DNA of 64,000 nucleotides from Alphaproteobacteria bacterium (GTDB lineage: Bacteria; Pseudomonadota; Alphaproteobacteria; JAAXGF01), in assembly GCA_963555825.3 (NCBI GenBank), contig CAUVXB020000002.1, positions 3,328,001-3,392,000 on the forward strand, written 5' to 3'. Of this stretch, positions 40,553-51,906 are shown one piece after another. Position 1 is the first letter of the stretch; every line of letters begins with the position of its first letter. Under the pieces are notes generated by a model. That model made no database searches, was not told the origin of the DNA, and saw only the letters and a list, made by a program, of their open reading frames with translations. Both the position numbers and the translations under genes were made by a program.

Positions 40553-41484
40553 TGTCCCTGGTGTTCTATGCGCAGAAGATTTTCCGCGCACTGCTCACCG
40601 TGTGGGCCGTCGTCACCTTCGTTTTCATAATCCTTCGAATCTCGGGTGATGCGGCGATCGAAATCCTCGGCGTCGACATCGGCCCGGAGGCGATCGAAGC
40701 CTTCAGGCGGCGATGGGGGCTCGATCAACCGATATGGAAGCAATACCTGATCTATTTCGGCAATCTGCTCCAGGGCGATTTCGGCATCTCCTTGGTCGAC
40801 GGGCGGCCCGCATTGGAGGTCGTGCTCGATCGCGTCCCGAAGACCCTGGCCCTCATGGTGCCGACGACCATTCTCACCCTTGGGATCGGTATTCCCGCCG
40901 GCATTTACGCGGCCCTGCACCGCAACAGCTGGATCGACCGTGGCACCATGGCCGTCTCCGTCATGAGTTTCAGCCTGCCAAACTTCGTGGTCGGTATATT
41001 CCTCATCCTGCTGTTCTCGGTGACCTTGAGATTGCTGCCGACCGCGGGGAGCGAGACCTGGCTGCACTACATCATGCCGGTGATCACGATGTCGACCGCC
41101 GACGCGGCCATCTTCGCGCGCTTCAGTCGCTCGGCCATGCTCGAAGTCCTCAACCAGCCTTACATGCGAACCGCACTCGCCAAAGGCATCCCGTGGCCCA
41201 CCGCCGTGCGGCGGCACGCCGTGCCGAACACGGCGATTCCCACGGTCACCATCGCCGGCTTCTTCGTCGGCTCGATGATCGCGGGCGGCGTGATCACCGA
41301 GAACGTGTTCGCCTGGCCGGGTGTCGGGCGCTTGTTGGTTTCCGCCGTCGGCTACCGGGACACGGCGGTGGTCCAAGTCATCATGATCCTGATCGCGGTA
41401 TCGATGGTCACCACGAACCTCGTTATCGACATCATGTACGGCTGGCTCGACCCCAGGGTGCGCAGCCTGAGAACCGGTGATTAG
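40552..41484 (+). CDS. ABC transporter permease (DppB-like)
   Basis: GLDQPIWKQY, GDFGIS, YMRTALAKG and FAWPGVG. Confidence 0.92.
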   Translation: MSLVFYAQKIFRALLTVWAVVTFVFIILRISGDAAIEILGVDIGPEAIEAFRRRWGLDQPIWKQYLIYFGNLLQGDFGISLVDGRPALEVVLDRVPKTLALMVPTTILTLGIGIPAGIYAALHRNSWIDRGTMAVSVMSFSLPNFVVGIFLILLFSVTLRLLPTAGSETWLHYIMPVITMSTADAAIFARFSRSAMLEVLNQPYMRTALAKGIPWPTAVRRHAVPNTAIPTVTIAGFFVGSMIAGGVITENVFAWPGVGRLLVSAVGYRDTAVVQVIMILIAVSMVTTNLVIDIMYGWLDPRVRSLRTGD

Positions 41485-41495
41485 GAGGCGCGCGG

Positions 41496-42392
41496 ATGAC
41501 CGAACGGCCTGAAGCGACAGCAAGCGTCGAGATCGCGAAGCGCGGCGGGATCATCCGTTCGATCCGGAACCTTCCGTTCATGGTCGTGCTGTCCGCCATG
41601 TCTCTCTTCGGCCTGATCGTGGTGGCGCTCGGCGCCGACTGGATCGCGCCTTACGACTACCAGGCGATCGACCTACGCGGGCGCCTCGTCCCGCCGTTCT
41701 GGGCCGAAGGCGGCAGCGTGGTACACCTCCTGGGCACTGACGACCTGGGCCGCGACATGCTCAGCCGCCTGATCTCCTCCGTGCGCATGAGCCTGTTCGT
41801 TGCGCTGCTGGGCACGGTGATCGGCGCCATACTCGGCACCACCCTGGGTTTCATGGCGGCCCATTTCCGCGGTTGGGTGGATGACCTGGTGATGGCCGCC
41901 ATCGATTTTCAGGCGGCGCTTCCGTTCATGATCCTGGCGCTTGCGGTCGTGGCGACACTCGGCAACAGCCTCACGCTCTTCATCGGGCTTATGGGGATCT
42001 ACGGCTGGGAACGGTATGCGCGCCTGACGCGCGGTTTGACCCTGTCGGCGGTCACCCACGGATACGCCGTCGCCGTGCGGACACTGGGCGCCGGGCCCCT
42101 GCGGATTTACGGGCGGCACATCCTGCCGAATATAGCCAATGCCTTGATCGTCAACATGACGCTCAACTTCCCGCAGACCATTCTGTTGGAAACATCCCTC
42201 AGCTTCCTCGGCCTCGGCATACAGCCACCGCTGACGAGCCTCGGGAACATGGTGGGATTCGGTCGGGACTACCTGCTGACCGCGTGGTGGATCGCCGTCT
42301 TCCCCGCCCTCGCGATCTTCCTCGCGACGCTTGCAATGAGCATTTTGGGCGATTGGGTCCGCGACCGGCTCGACCCCACATTAAAGGACTAG
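41496..42392 (+). CDS. ABC transporter permease (DppC-like)
   Basis: HLLGTDDLGRD, HILPN and LSFLGLG. Confidence 0.92.
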   Translation: MTERPEATASVEIAKRGGIIRSIRNLPFMVVLSAMSLFGLIVVALGADWIAPYDYQAIDLRGRLVPPFWAEGGSVVHLLGTDDLGRDMLSRLISSVRMSLFVALLGTVIGAILGTTLGFMAAHFRGWVDDLVMAAIDFQAALPFMILALAVVATLGNSLTLFIGLMGIYGWERYARLTRGLTLSAVTHGYAVAVRTLGAGPLRIYGRHILPNIANALIVNMTLNFPQTILLETSLSFLGLGIQPPLTSLGNMVGFGRDYLLTAWWIAVFPALAIFLATLAMSILGDWVRDRLDPTLKD

Positions 42393-42405
42393 AGTAAATC
42401 CGGGC

Positions 42406-42565
42406 ATGGGATCTCGCCACCTCACTTCCGGTGACAATTTCACCGAGACCTATGTCAACCTGCCCTCGTTGGTGACCGGTTCCACGCCATCGCGGCACGG
42501 AATGATCGCCAACTACTACCTGGATCCGAATGTCGACCCGCGCGAGCGCTTCGAGGGCTCCAGCG
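42406..42565 (+). pseudogene. Alkaline-phosphatase/phosphodiesterase family fragment
   Basis: ETYVNLPSLVTGSTPSRHGMIAN nucleophile region; cut by IS6. Confidence 0.6.
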
Positions 42566-43371
42566 GGCGTTGTCACGTTAACCACCGTGTAACCAGCTTG
42601 TGGGCGCCGACGCCGGAGATTATGCAACGGTCGTCACTTGCCGCCACTGTCTCATCGCGTCGCCGCGGAATTGGCGGAGTGTTCGGCGGGAGACCAGATG
42701 GCGTTGGACGTTGAAGAGGTTGTAGACGGTCGCATGGACGGCGAGGAACCGCTGCGCGGACGCGGGCGATTTGAACCGCTGCATCTTTCGCTCTCGTCGT
42801 CGCACCGGCTGATGTGAATTTTCTGCCCGATTGTTCTTTCGCAGGCCTTGCTCATGCTGAGCCGAGAGGGCAAGCAAACGGATCGCGGCGCCGTAGGAGC
42901 GGAGTTTATCGGTTACAATCGTCGCCGGCGCGAAGCCCTGCTTCTTCAAGAGTTTCCGCATCAGCCGAATTGCCGCCCGAGCGTTCCTGCGGGATTGAAC
43001 CAGGAAATCCAGGACTTCGCCCTCACTGTCCACGGCACGCCAGAGATAGAACTGCCTCCCTCGAATTACGACGACCATCTCGTCCAGGTGCCAGCGTTCG
43101 GTCGGTCGTGGCCGCCGACGTTGAATCCGCCGCGCATAGGCCCGACCGAATTTCAAGACCCATCTTCGAACTGTCTCATACGAGATGTCGAGACCACGCT
43201 CGGCAAGCAGGTCCTCAACGTCCCGATAGCTCAGCGTGAAACGGCAATAGAGCCAGACGGCATGCTGGATGATGACCGGTGGAAAGCGGTGACGACGGTA
43301 GGATATCTTGCACATCCAGAGACGCTAAAGCACCGGCCGTGCCGAAGCCACGCTGTTAACGTGACAATGCC
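42566..43371 (-). mobile_element. IS6-family element (transposase 42620-43315)
   Basis: IRs GGCGTTGTCACGTTAA/TTAACGTGACAATGCC; 806 bp; WHLDE, VTDK and NNRAENSH. Confidence 0.93.
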
Positions 43372-44589
43372 CCTGGCGGCGTTTGGCGAGAGTTTCCTGC
43401 AGGTTCTGCTGCTGGCCAAGGAGTTGAAGCTTGTCAAGGTCGGGCTTGTCAGCGTCGACGGCAGCAAGTTCGAGGCCTCTGCGAGCAAGCACCGTTCGGT
43501 GACTTATGAGCGGGCGGGCGAGCTGATCGATCAGCTCAAGCTGGACATCACGGATCTGATGGAGCGTGCCGCGGCGGCCGACGGCGAGGGTGAGGACGAC
43601 CCCCAGGCGCTGCCCAAGGAGATCGCACGCAGGGAGGCCTTGTGCGATCGGCTGGATGCGGCGTGTCGGCGCCTCGAGGCTCGGGCCAAGGCGCGCGCCG
43701 AGGCCGAGCGGGCGGACTACGAGGCCAAGGTGGCGGCGCGCGAGACGCGCACCGGCCGGGCCAAGGGCAAGCACCCGAAGCCGCCAGACGAGACGCCGCG
43801 CGCCGACGAGCAGAGCAATCTGAGCGATCCAGACAGCCGGCTGATGCGCAAGAGCAAGCAGCACGAGTACCGCCAGGCCTATAACGCTCAAGCCGTGGTG
43901 GATGCCGGGGGCTCTCAGCTGATCGTGGGCGCCCGGGTCACCAACTGCGCCAGCGACCGCAATGAGCTGGTGGCGGACATCGCGGCGATCCCGGCCGTTC
44001 TCGGCCGGCCCGCGACGGTGCTGGCGGACAACGGCTATGCCAACGGCGACGAGGTCGCGGCGCTTGCCGAGAGTGGTATCGAAGCCCTGGTGTCGACAGC
44101 CGCCGAGGGCCGCCGACGGCGCCATGACTTCCGTCCGGCCAAGGCCGAGGCGCCGGTGAAGGAACCCAAGGCCGAATGGCTCCAGGTCATGACGGCGAAA
44201 CTCGCCAGCGAGGACGGCCGTGCGCTGTACCGGCTGCGCCAGCAGACCGTCGAGCCGGTCTACGGCATCATCATGGCGGTGCTCGGCTTCACCGGCTTCT
44301 CGCTGCGCGGCCTCGACAAGATGGCCGGCGAGTGGGACTTGGTGACGCTGGCCTACAACTGCAAGCGCCTGCACAAGCTCAAGCTGGAGATGGCCGTGTG
44401 ACGGCGCTGTTGGCCCGACAGGCCGATCCAAAAGCCCGGCCACAGCCCAGAAGCCTCGGAGATCCGCCGCCCCATCGCTCCGTCCGAACACATCCTCGCG
44501 GTTTCGCCGAACTTCGATCGCGCCTCTGACAGACGACAGCGAAATCACTCAACACCGAAATCCAACGCGCAAGTCCGACACACTGCTAG
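43372..44589 (+). mobile_element. IS1182 element, 5' truncated (ORF ends 44401)
   Basis: VDGSKFEASAS, SDPDSRLM, AYNAQ, LADNGY, RQQTVEP and AYNCKRL. Confidence 0.85.
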
Positions 44590-44598
44590 CGTCTAGAA

Positions 44599-44785
44599 AT
44601 GCAAAATCCCTTCCGATATTTCAACAGTTCACCCGAGATCATCCGGCTCGCTGTGATGATGTATGTTCGGTTCCCGCTGTCGCTGCGGCAGGTCGAGGAT
44701 CTGCTGTCTCAAATCGGCCACATGAAACCGTCCGACCCCAGGGGCCCACTCCAGGGATAGGTCAATATTGCACGCCGATTGACAC
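44599..44785 (+). mobile_element. IS6 N-terminal scrap followed by an IS21-like right-end scrap
   Basis: MQNPFRYFNSSPEIIRLAVMMYVRFPLSLRQVEDLL, then ...GCACGCCGATTGACA. Confidence 0.6.
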
Positions 44786-44815
44786 TTGCAGGCGGAAAGC
44801 AGGCCGTGACGCAAT

Positions 44816-45595
44816 CTATTCGATTGACACGACCGCTGCCGAGCAATCGGCATTGTTAATCGTCGCTATGGCGACACCACCGGACATGCCCCCAAAACCG
44901 TTTTTGGCCCGATATCTCATGATCAACGTGTGCTTTCCCGTTTCGTTGACCGGCGTAATCCGCGTCTCGATGTGTTCGATGCTGTCGGGTTCGCGCATCC
45001 GCTTCTCCACGTATGTTTGGACCTCTCTGTGGGAACCGTCCCAACTGCTGAGGCAGTGAAACCCATTACGCTTCTTTTCTGCTGCTGCTGCTGCTTCGGC
45101 GGCGACCTTCTTGGCCTTGGCGGCTTTCGCGGCGGCCGTCTTTTGTTCTCGGTAATAGGAGATCTTCTCGGCGTACCGATTGTTCTCCGGGTTCAGATTT
45201 TGCAACTCTTTGTACAAGCGGATGTTCTCATCGAATTCAGACGCTAGCACCTTCGCGACCTGAGCCTCAAGTGCATTTATCCTGTTCTGGTAAGCGGCCG
45301 GGTCAATCTCCTTGAGGTTTCTCAGGCGGTAGTCGCCGTAGATTCCTGATCCGATAAACAGGGCCGCCACGATCGTCGCGGCAAGGACCCAAAATAGCCG
45401 TTTCTTCCTTTTGGACCTTTTGAGAGTCACGGCGCCTTTTTCCTCGGCGAGCCTCGCCGCCTCCGCCGCCTGTCTGTTCCGCTCTCTAACCGCCTCCGCC
45501 CAGCCCGCACCTAATGGTTCGCCACACACCGGGCACTGGTGCGCGTTCTCTGACGTCTGGTTGCCGCAAGTTGGACAAGCTTCAAGATTTGCCAA
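44816..45595 (-). CDS. Zinc-ribbon single-pass membrane protein, unknown function
   Basis: CPTCG...CPVCG, one TM helix, C-terminal YRAKNGFGG. Confidence 0.7.
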   Translation of the reverse strand: MANLEACPTCGNQTSENAHQCPVCGEPLGAGWAEAVRERNRQAAEAARLAEEKGAVTLKRSKRKKRLFWVLAATIVAALFIGSGIYGDYRLRNLKEIDPAAYQNRINALEAQVAKVLASEFDENIRLYKELQNLNPENNRYAEKISYYREQKTAAAKAAKAKKVAAEAAAAAEKKRNGFHCLSSWDGSHREVQTYVEKRMREPDSIEHIETRITPVNETGKHTLIMRYRAKNGFGGMSGGVAIATINNADCSAAVVSIE

Positions 45596-45627
45596 GGTTA
45601 GCTCTCACAAAACCCAAACTATAGATC

Positions 45628-46209
45628 CGACATTCCCCAGATAGCCTCCAGGTTCGCCGAAATCGTACTACCGTGCCACCGTCGAGGGAATGGAATTATT
45701 TCCGCTGCCACCCGATGACCTGATTTCGCGATTTTCCTGTTTCCGGAAGCCCATTTGTCCATATTTTCCGGCATCCAGACGCACCTCCCGTGTCGCTTTC
45801 TCCGTGCCGTCAATTTCCTCGGCCTACGCCGGAACGGGTCTTCGTCGTAGATCATCAATCAGGCCCAAGATTTTCTGGAACAAGCTCCTCGGCACCGCCA
45901 CCTCGGCCAATTGGAACGTGACGTACCGGCCATGGCGGACAACTTTGGCCCCGATCTTGACCAGCTTCTCTCGTAGCGTGGTCAGAGAACAATGCTCCAC
46001 TTCCTTCGGCAAGGCCAACGTCCGCATGAAGTTGGCGAGATTGTAAGCCAGGGCGTGAAGCTGGAGCCGAACCTTGTTGTCGCGGAACTTGCGGCACGAC
46101 AGCCGCGTCCATTTGATCGCGTTCTTGCCTTCCTTGATGTACTGCTCCGCTTTGCTTCGCTGATTGTAGAAGGCCACCACCCGCTCGGCGAGGCGCGACA
46201 GGTTGGTGA
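45628..46209 (-). mobile_element. IS1380 element 3' remnant (ORF ends 45824)
   Basis: FYNQR..AEQYIKEGK, N.VRLQL.ALAYNL and LREKLVKIGAKVVRH. Confidence 0.85.
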
Positions 46210-47015
46210 GGCGTTGTCACGTTAACCGCCATTTGGCCAGCTTGTGGGCGCCGACGCCGGAGATTATGCAACGGTCGTCACTTGCCGCCACTGTCTCATC
46301 GCGTCGCCGCGGAATTGGCGGAGTGTTCGGCGGGAGACCAGATGGCGTTGGACGTTGAAGAGGTTGTAGACGGTCGCATGGACGACGAGGAACCGCTGCG
46401 CGGACGCGGGCGATTTGAACCGCTGCATCTTTCGCTCTCGTCGTCGCACCGGCTGATGTGAATTTTCTGCCCGATTGTTCTTTCGCAGGCCTTGCTCATG
46501 CTGAGCCGAGAGGGCAAGCAAACGGATCGCGGCGCCGTAGGAGCGGAGTTTATCGGTTACAATCGTCGCCGGCGCGAAGCCCTGCTTCTTCAAGAGTTTC
46601 CGCATCAGCCGAATTGCCGCCCGAGCGTTCCTGCGGGATTGAACCAGGAAATCCAGGACTTCGCCCTCACTGTCCACGGCACGCCAGAGATAGAACTGCC
46701 TCCCTCGAATTACGACGACCATCTCGTCCAGGTGCCAGCGTTCGGTCGGTCGTGGCCGCCGACGTTGAATCCGCCGCGCATAGGCCCGACCGAATTTCAA
46801 GACCCATCTTCGAACTGTCTCATACGAGATGTCGAGACCACGCTCGGCAAGCAGGTCCTCAACGTCCCGATAGCTCAGCGTGAAACGGCAATAGAGCCAG
46901 ACGGCATGCTGGATGATGACCGGTGGAAAGCGGTGACGACGGTAGGATATCTTGCACATCCAGAGACGCTAAAGCACCGGCCGTGCCGAAGCCACGCTGT
47001 TAACGTGACAATGCC
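46210..47015 (-). mobile_element. IS6-family element, second copy (transposase 46264-46959)
   Basis: Nearly identical to 42566-43371, same orientation. Confidence 0.93.
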
Positions 47016-47413
47016 CTTGGAAGCTCTGCACCAACATGACGGCGGACGATGTGACGGCAACACTGAAGTTGGCGCTAGAAGCCTCAGGCTGCAATCGCCC
47101 CAATGTCGTCCACAAGCCGAGGCTGCTCAGCGACAACGGCTCGTCCTATATCTCCGGCGATCTGGCTGAATGGCTCGAGGACCACGGTATGGATCACGTT
47201 CGGGGCGCACCGTATCACCCGCAAACCCAGGGCAAGATCGAGCGCTGGCATCAAACGCTGAAGAACCGGATCCTGCTTGAAAATTATTATCTACCCGGCG
47301 ATCTCGAAAACCAGATCAGCGCCTTCGTCGATCACTACAACAACCAACGCTACCACGAGAGCATCGGCAACGTAACTCCAGCCGACGCCTACTTTGGACG
47401 CCACACCGCCATC
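47016..47413 (+). pseudogene. IS3-family integrase-core fragment
   Basis: LLSDNGSSY, HPQTQGKIERWH and YNNQRYHESI. Confidence 0.85.
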
Positions 47414-47531
47414 TGAGAACGGCAGAGCAATAATCCCCCACTGAAGCGGCCGGTCGATCCGGCTGCGGCGGACCAAAATGGGACCGCGTATAGCCTTCTG
47501 TCAGGGTTGCTCTGACTGGAAGGCGGGGGGG

Positions 47532-50489
47532 ATGTATCGGGTGGAGTTGTACGCACGGGTTCGGCGGGCGTGTCATGTCGAGGGGATGAGCACCCGCGAG
47601 GCCTCGCGGGTGTTTGGTGTAGACCGCAAGACGGTCCGTAAGATGCTGTCGTTCTCGGTGCCGCCAGGGTATCGCCGAAGCGCGCCGCCGAGGCGGCCAA
47701 AGCTGGGTCCGTTCACGGGAATCATCGATCGGATCTTGGAAGACGATCGGACCAGCCACCGCAAGCAACGGCACACTGCGAAGCGCATCTTCGACCGCCT
47801 CCGGGACGAGTACGGTTTCACGGGCGGCTACACCATCGTGAAGGACTACGTTCGTGAGCAGGGGCTTCGGTCGCGTGAGGTGTTCGTGCCACTCTCCCAT
47901 TCCCCCGGTCACGCCCAGGCGGACTTCGGCGAAGCGATGGCGGTGATCGGCGGCGCGTTACGGAAGATCCACTTCCTTGCCTTCGACCTTCCCCACAGTG
48001 ATGGTTGCTTTGTTGCGGCCTATCCGGCGGAGACGACCGAAGCATTCTGCGATGGCCACAACGCGGCGTTTGCCTTCTTCGGCGGCGTCCCCCGATCCAT
48101 CCTGTACGACAACACCAAGCTGGCGGTTGCCCGGATCCTGGGCGATGGGAAGCGGCAGCGAACGCGCGTCTTCACGGAGCTTCAGTCCCACTATCTGTTC
48201 GAGGACAGGTTCGGCCGGCCGGGCAAGGGCAACGACAAGGGCAAGGTCGAGGGACTGGTCGGCTTCATCCGGCGGAACTTCCTGGTCCCCGTCCCGCGTG
48301 CCGAGAGCTTCGCGGCCCTCAACGATGCTCTCGCCGAACAGTGCCGCCGGCGCCAGGCGGCGCGGCTGCGGGGCCACAAGGAGACCATCGGCGAGCGTCT
48401 CGAGCGGGATCGTCAAGTTCTCTTGCCATTGCCGCCTGCTCCCTATGATGCCTGCGATAAGCGCCCTGGACGGGCGAGTTCGCTGTCGCTGGTGCGTTAC
48501 CGCAGCAACGACTATTCCGTGCCCGTGGCCTACGGCCACCGTGAGGTGCTCATCCGGGGCTACGTCGATGAGGTGGTGATCAGCTGCGGGGCCGAGGTGA
48601 TCGCCCGGCGATGTCCCTATCTCTGTTGAAATTCGTGGGGCAGGCGTCGCTGGTTGATGATGCTATGCTGCCTTCATGATGGTTTCAATGGCACTGTCGG
48701 CCTGAGCCTTTCTCAAGTGTTCCTGGAGAGCATTTCGGAGGATGGGCAGCTGACGATAGGCCTTGAGGCGACGGAAGGTTTTCTGGGCCTCCAGCAGGCC
48801 GGCGGCGGTCCATCTGAGCGCCATCTCGGCGTGTCTCCAGCGTTTGACGTTGCGGGTGACCTGGCGCACCGTGCCGAGCGCGTTCTCGACGATGTTGGTG
48901 CAGGCGAGCGAGCGCCGGAGTTCGTGCGGCAGGCCGAGGCGGATGACGGTGAGGATCTCGTCCAGCCCCTCCAGGATGCTGCCCGAGACGCCCGGTTCCT
49001 CATGCTCCAGACGCCGGGCCAGGTTGCGCAGCAGCCGTTCGGCCTTGTCTGCGTCGTCCTGGTCCCAGGCCTGACGGAGCGCCTTCTTGACGCTCGCATG
49101 CAAATGCAGGGGCAGGCGCTCGATGATGTTACGGCCCTTGTGGACCTGGCAGCGCTGGATGGCGGCGGCCACACCGAAGGTGTTGCGGATCGCTTTGCTG
49201 AGCGCCTTCGCGCCATCGACGATGAACAGCCGGGGCAGCGTCGGATCGAGCCCCCTGGCGAGGAGATTGTCGAGCAAGGCCTGGACGACGACAGTGTTCT
49301 CCGTCGCCCCCTCGACCACGGCCAGGACATGCTTGTCGCCGTTGCCATCGACGCCGATCGCCGCCACCAAGACATGGTCGCCGACATGCAGACCGTCGAT
49401 CTGGATGACCAGCAGGTCGAGCTCCGAGAGGTCCGAGGCGAGCCAGGCCTTCATCTTCTTGCGCGACAGCGCCACAAAGCGCCGGGAAACGGCCGACTTC
49501 GAGGTGCCGTCGCCACGCGCTTTCGCCAGGTCGCCCTCGGGCAGACGGACCGCGCGGTGGTACTTGCGGGTCGACACGTTCAGGACCATCAGGTTGAGCG
49601 CCCACTCGAGCAACAGGTTGCCGTCGCGCAGCACCTGCCAGCTCTCCAAACCCACCTCCTTGCCAGCATGGTCGCGAACCCGTGGCCGCTGCACTTTCAC
49701 GCGGCCGCCGTGGTAGCCGATCTCGCTCTGCGTATGGCCCCAGCGATAACCCCGACGGTTCCCATGGCGACGATGTCGGGCCCCGCACACGGTCGTGGCG
49801 TCCTCCTCCATCATCTCGGCCAAGGCCTCGACCCCGGCCAGGAGACAGAACCGATCCACGCTGAGACGGACTGCGTCCATCGCGTCTGCCAGCGGCGGCA
49901 TAGGAAACGAGGTGGCAAGGGCTTTCGGGCTACTGGAACTACGGATATCCTTTCCCATGGTGTCGTTCTCCCTCTTGGGTTTGCAGCACCCGGAGCCTAA
50001 CGGCTCCAGGAGAGCGACACCTACCTCAACTTTTCAACATCGACCGGGACATCTCCGATCGCCCGGCACCGCCGGTCCTACGACAGCGAGGACCTGATCT
50101 TCGACCCGCTGCATTACCTGCCCTTGATCGAGCAGAAGATCGGCGCCCTCGACCAGGCCGCGCCATTGGCGGGCTGGGACCTGCCCGAGGCCTTCATCAC
50201 TCTGCGGCGGCTCCTCGAAGCTCGTATGGGCAAGGCAGGCAAGCGCGAGTACGTCCAGGTGCTCCGTCTACTGGAGACCTTCCGGCTCGAGGAGGTCGAG
50301 GGTGCGGTCGGCGACGCCCTGCGGCTCGGCGCAATCGGCTTTGATGCGGTGAAGCACCTGGTACTGTGCCGCATCGAGCGGCGGCCGCCCAGGCTCAACC
50401 TCGACGTCTATCCGTATCTGCCGCGCGCCCGGGTCGCGATGACGTCCGCCAAGTCGTACATGAGCCTGCTGTCGGGGCTCGGCGCATGA
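47532..50489 (+). pseudogene. istA: IstA interrupted by IS256
   Basis: 47532-48606 plus 50065-50489 rebuild a full IstA. Confidence 0.92.
48607..50056 (-). mobile_element. IS256-family element (transposase 48663-49958)
   Basis: IRs GGCGATGTCCC/GGGACATCTCC; 8-bp TSD GATCGCCC; IDG, VDGAKAL, QRCQVHK and TNIVEN. Confidence 0.92.
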
Positions 50490-51250
50490 CCGACACACCG
50501 CAAGTGCTGCTCGCCCACCACCTCAAGACGCTGAAGCTGCCGACCTTCCTGCGCGAGTACGACAAGATCGCCCGGCAGTGCGCCTCGGAAGGCGTCGATC
50601 ACGTCCGCTACCTGTTGAGACTCGCCGAGCTCGAGCTGATCGACCGCGAGCGCCGCATGGTCGAGCGGCGCATCAAGGCGGCGCGCTTCCCCGTGGTCAA
50701 GAGCCTCGACAGCTTCGACTTCAAGGTCATCCCCTCGCTCAACAAGGCGCTGGTCCTGGAGCTGGCCCGCTGCGAGTACATCGAGCGCCGCGAGAACCTC
50801 ATCGCGCTCGGCAACAGTGGGACCGGCAAGACCCACATCGCCCTCGGTCTCGGCCTGGCGGCCTGCCAGAAGGGCCTCTCGGTCGGCTTCATCACCGCCG
50901 CCGCGCTGGTCCACGAACTCATCGAGGCCCGCGATGACAAGCAGCTGCTGAGGTTCCAGAAGAAGCTCGCCACCTACAAGCTTCTGATCGTCGACGAACT
51001 CGGCTTCGTGCCGCTGTCGAAGACCGGCGCCGAGCTGTTGTTCGAGGTGTTCAGCCAACGCTACGAGCGGGGCTCGACCCTGGTCACCACCAATCTGCCC
51101 TTCGACGAATGGACCGAGGTGTTCGGCTCCGAGCGCCTCACCGGCGCGCTCCTCGATCGCCTCACCCACCACGTCAACATCCTCGAGATGAACGGTGACA
51201 GCTACAGGCTCAACCAGAGCCGCAGGCGTCAAACCCCGACTGCTAACTGA
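50486..51250 (+). CDS. istB: IS21 helper ATPase IstB
   Basis: Identical protein to 10428-11192. Confidence 0.95.
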   Translation: MTDTPQVLLAHHLKTLKLPTFLREYDKIARQCASEGVDHVRYLLRLAELELIDRERRMVERRIKAARFPVVKSLDSFDFKVIPSLNKALVLELARCEYIERRENLIALGNSGTGKTHIALGLGLAACQKGLSVGFITAAALVHELIEARDDKQLLRFQKKLATYKLLIVDELGFVPLSKTGAELLFEVFSQRYERGSTLVTTNLPFDEWTEVFGSERLTGALLDRLTHHVNILEMNGDSYRLNQSRRRQTPTAN

Positions 51251-51441
51251 ACCGACCACCCAGCCCACGCTTGACCCCGTGGGCCCACAGGTCCCTCCCG
51301 CGCGCGCCGCCGCGTCAGCCTGTTGAGGGCACGCCGCGTCGCGCGCGGGGCCCTCCCGTGGACTACGGGGACAAGCCCGCAGCCGCCAAGCGGTCCCTTC
51401 TTACACCGCCGAGGTGGTCCCTTTTTGCTCCGCCATTGACA

Positions 51442-51855
51442 CAGGCAAGCGTTATCAGTTGGCTCAGTCTTTCGGATGCGGCTGTGCGTCAAAAGGCCCG
51501 ACACTTCCGCGGTGTCCTGGCAAAGGCCGAGGGTCAGTTGCCGCCCGATCGGCCAGGCGTGATCCATATTGGTGTTGAAAGCAACGCTGGCGCGAATGTC
51601 GATTCCCTGCGCCACATTCTCAACACTTTCCAGGCCCGCTCCTTCGCGCTACGGAATTCGCGACTGCGGTGGGTCTATGGGAACTATTTTGTGCCTGAGG
51701 CGACCACTCGAAAAGAAGAGAGTTGGGCGATCACAGAGACCATGGTGCCATATAAGATCGGATCCCACAGCACTCGCTGGCCCTTGCCTGGTCACATGCT
51801 GGTTTCACCCGAGGGCGACGGCAGGGAAGGTGTTCATTGGGATCCAGATTCCTAG
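51442..51855 (+). pseudogene. C-terminal fragment of an unknown protein
   Basis: Globular-looking open frame (KAEGQLPPDRPGVIHIGVES...) starting at the IS21 IRR. Confidence 0.5.
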
Positions 51856-51906
51856 TTACCGTGAAACGCCACGCTGGCTCAGCACGAACTGACGCTCTCA
51901 TGTTTG

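Larger units (their letters stand above)
47414..51441 (+). mobile_element. IS21 copy 3 with nested IS256
   Basis: Same IRs as copy 2; no TSD. Confidence 0.92.

Noticed and set aside
42848-44401. 517-aa ORF as a novel fusion transposase
   Set aside because: Antisense IS6 frame running into a 5'-truncated IS1182 transposase.
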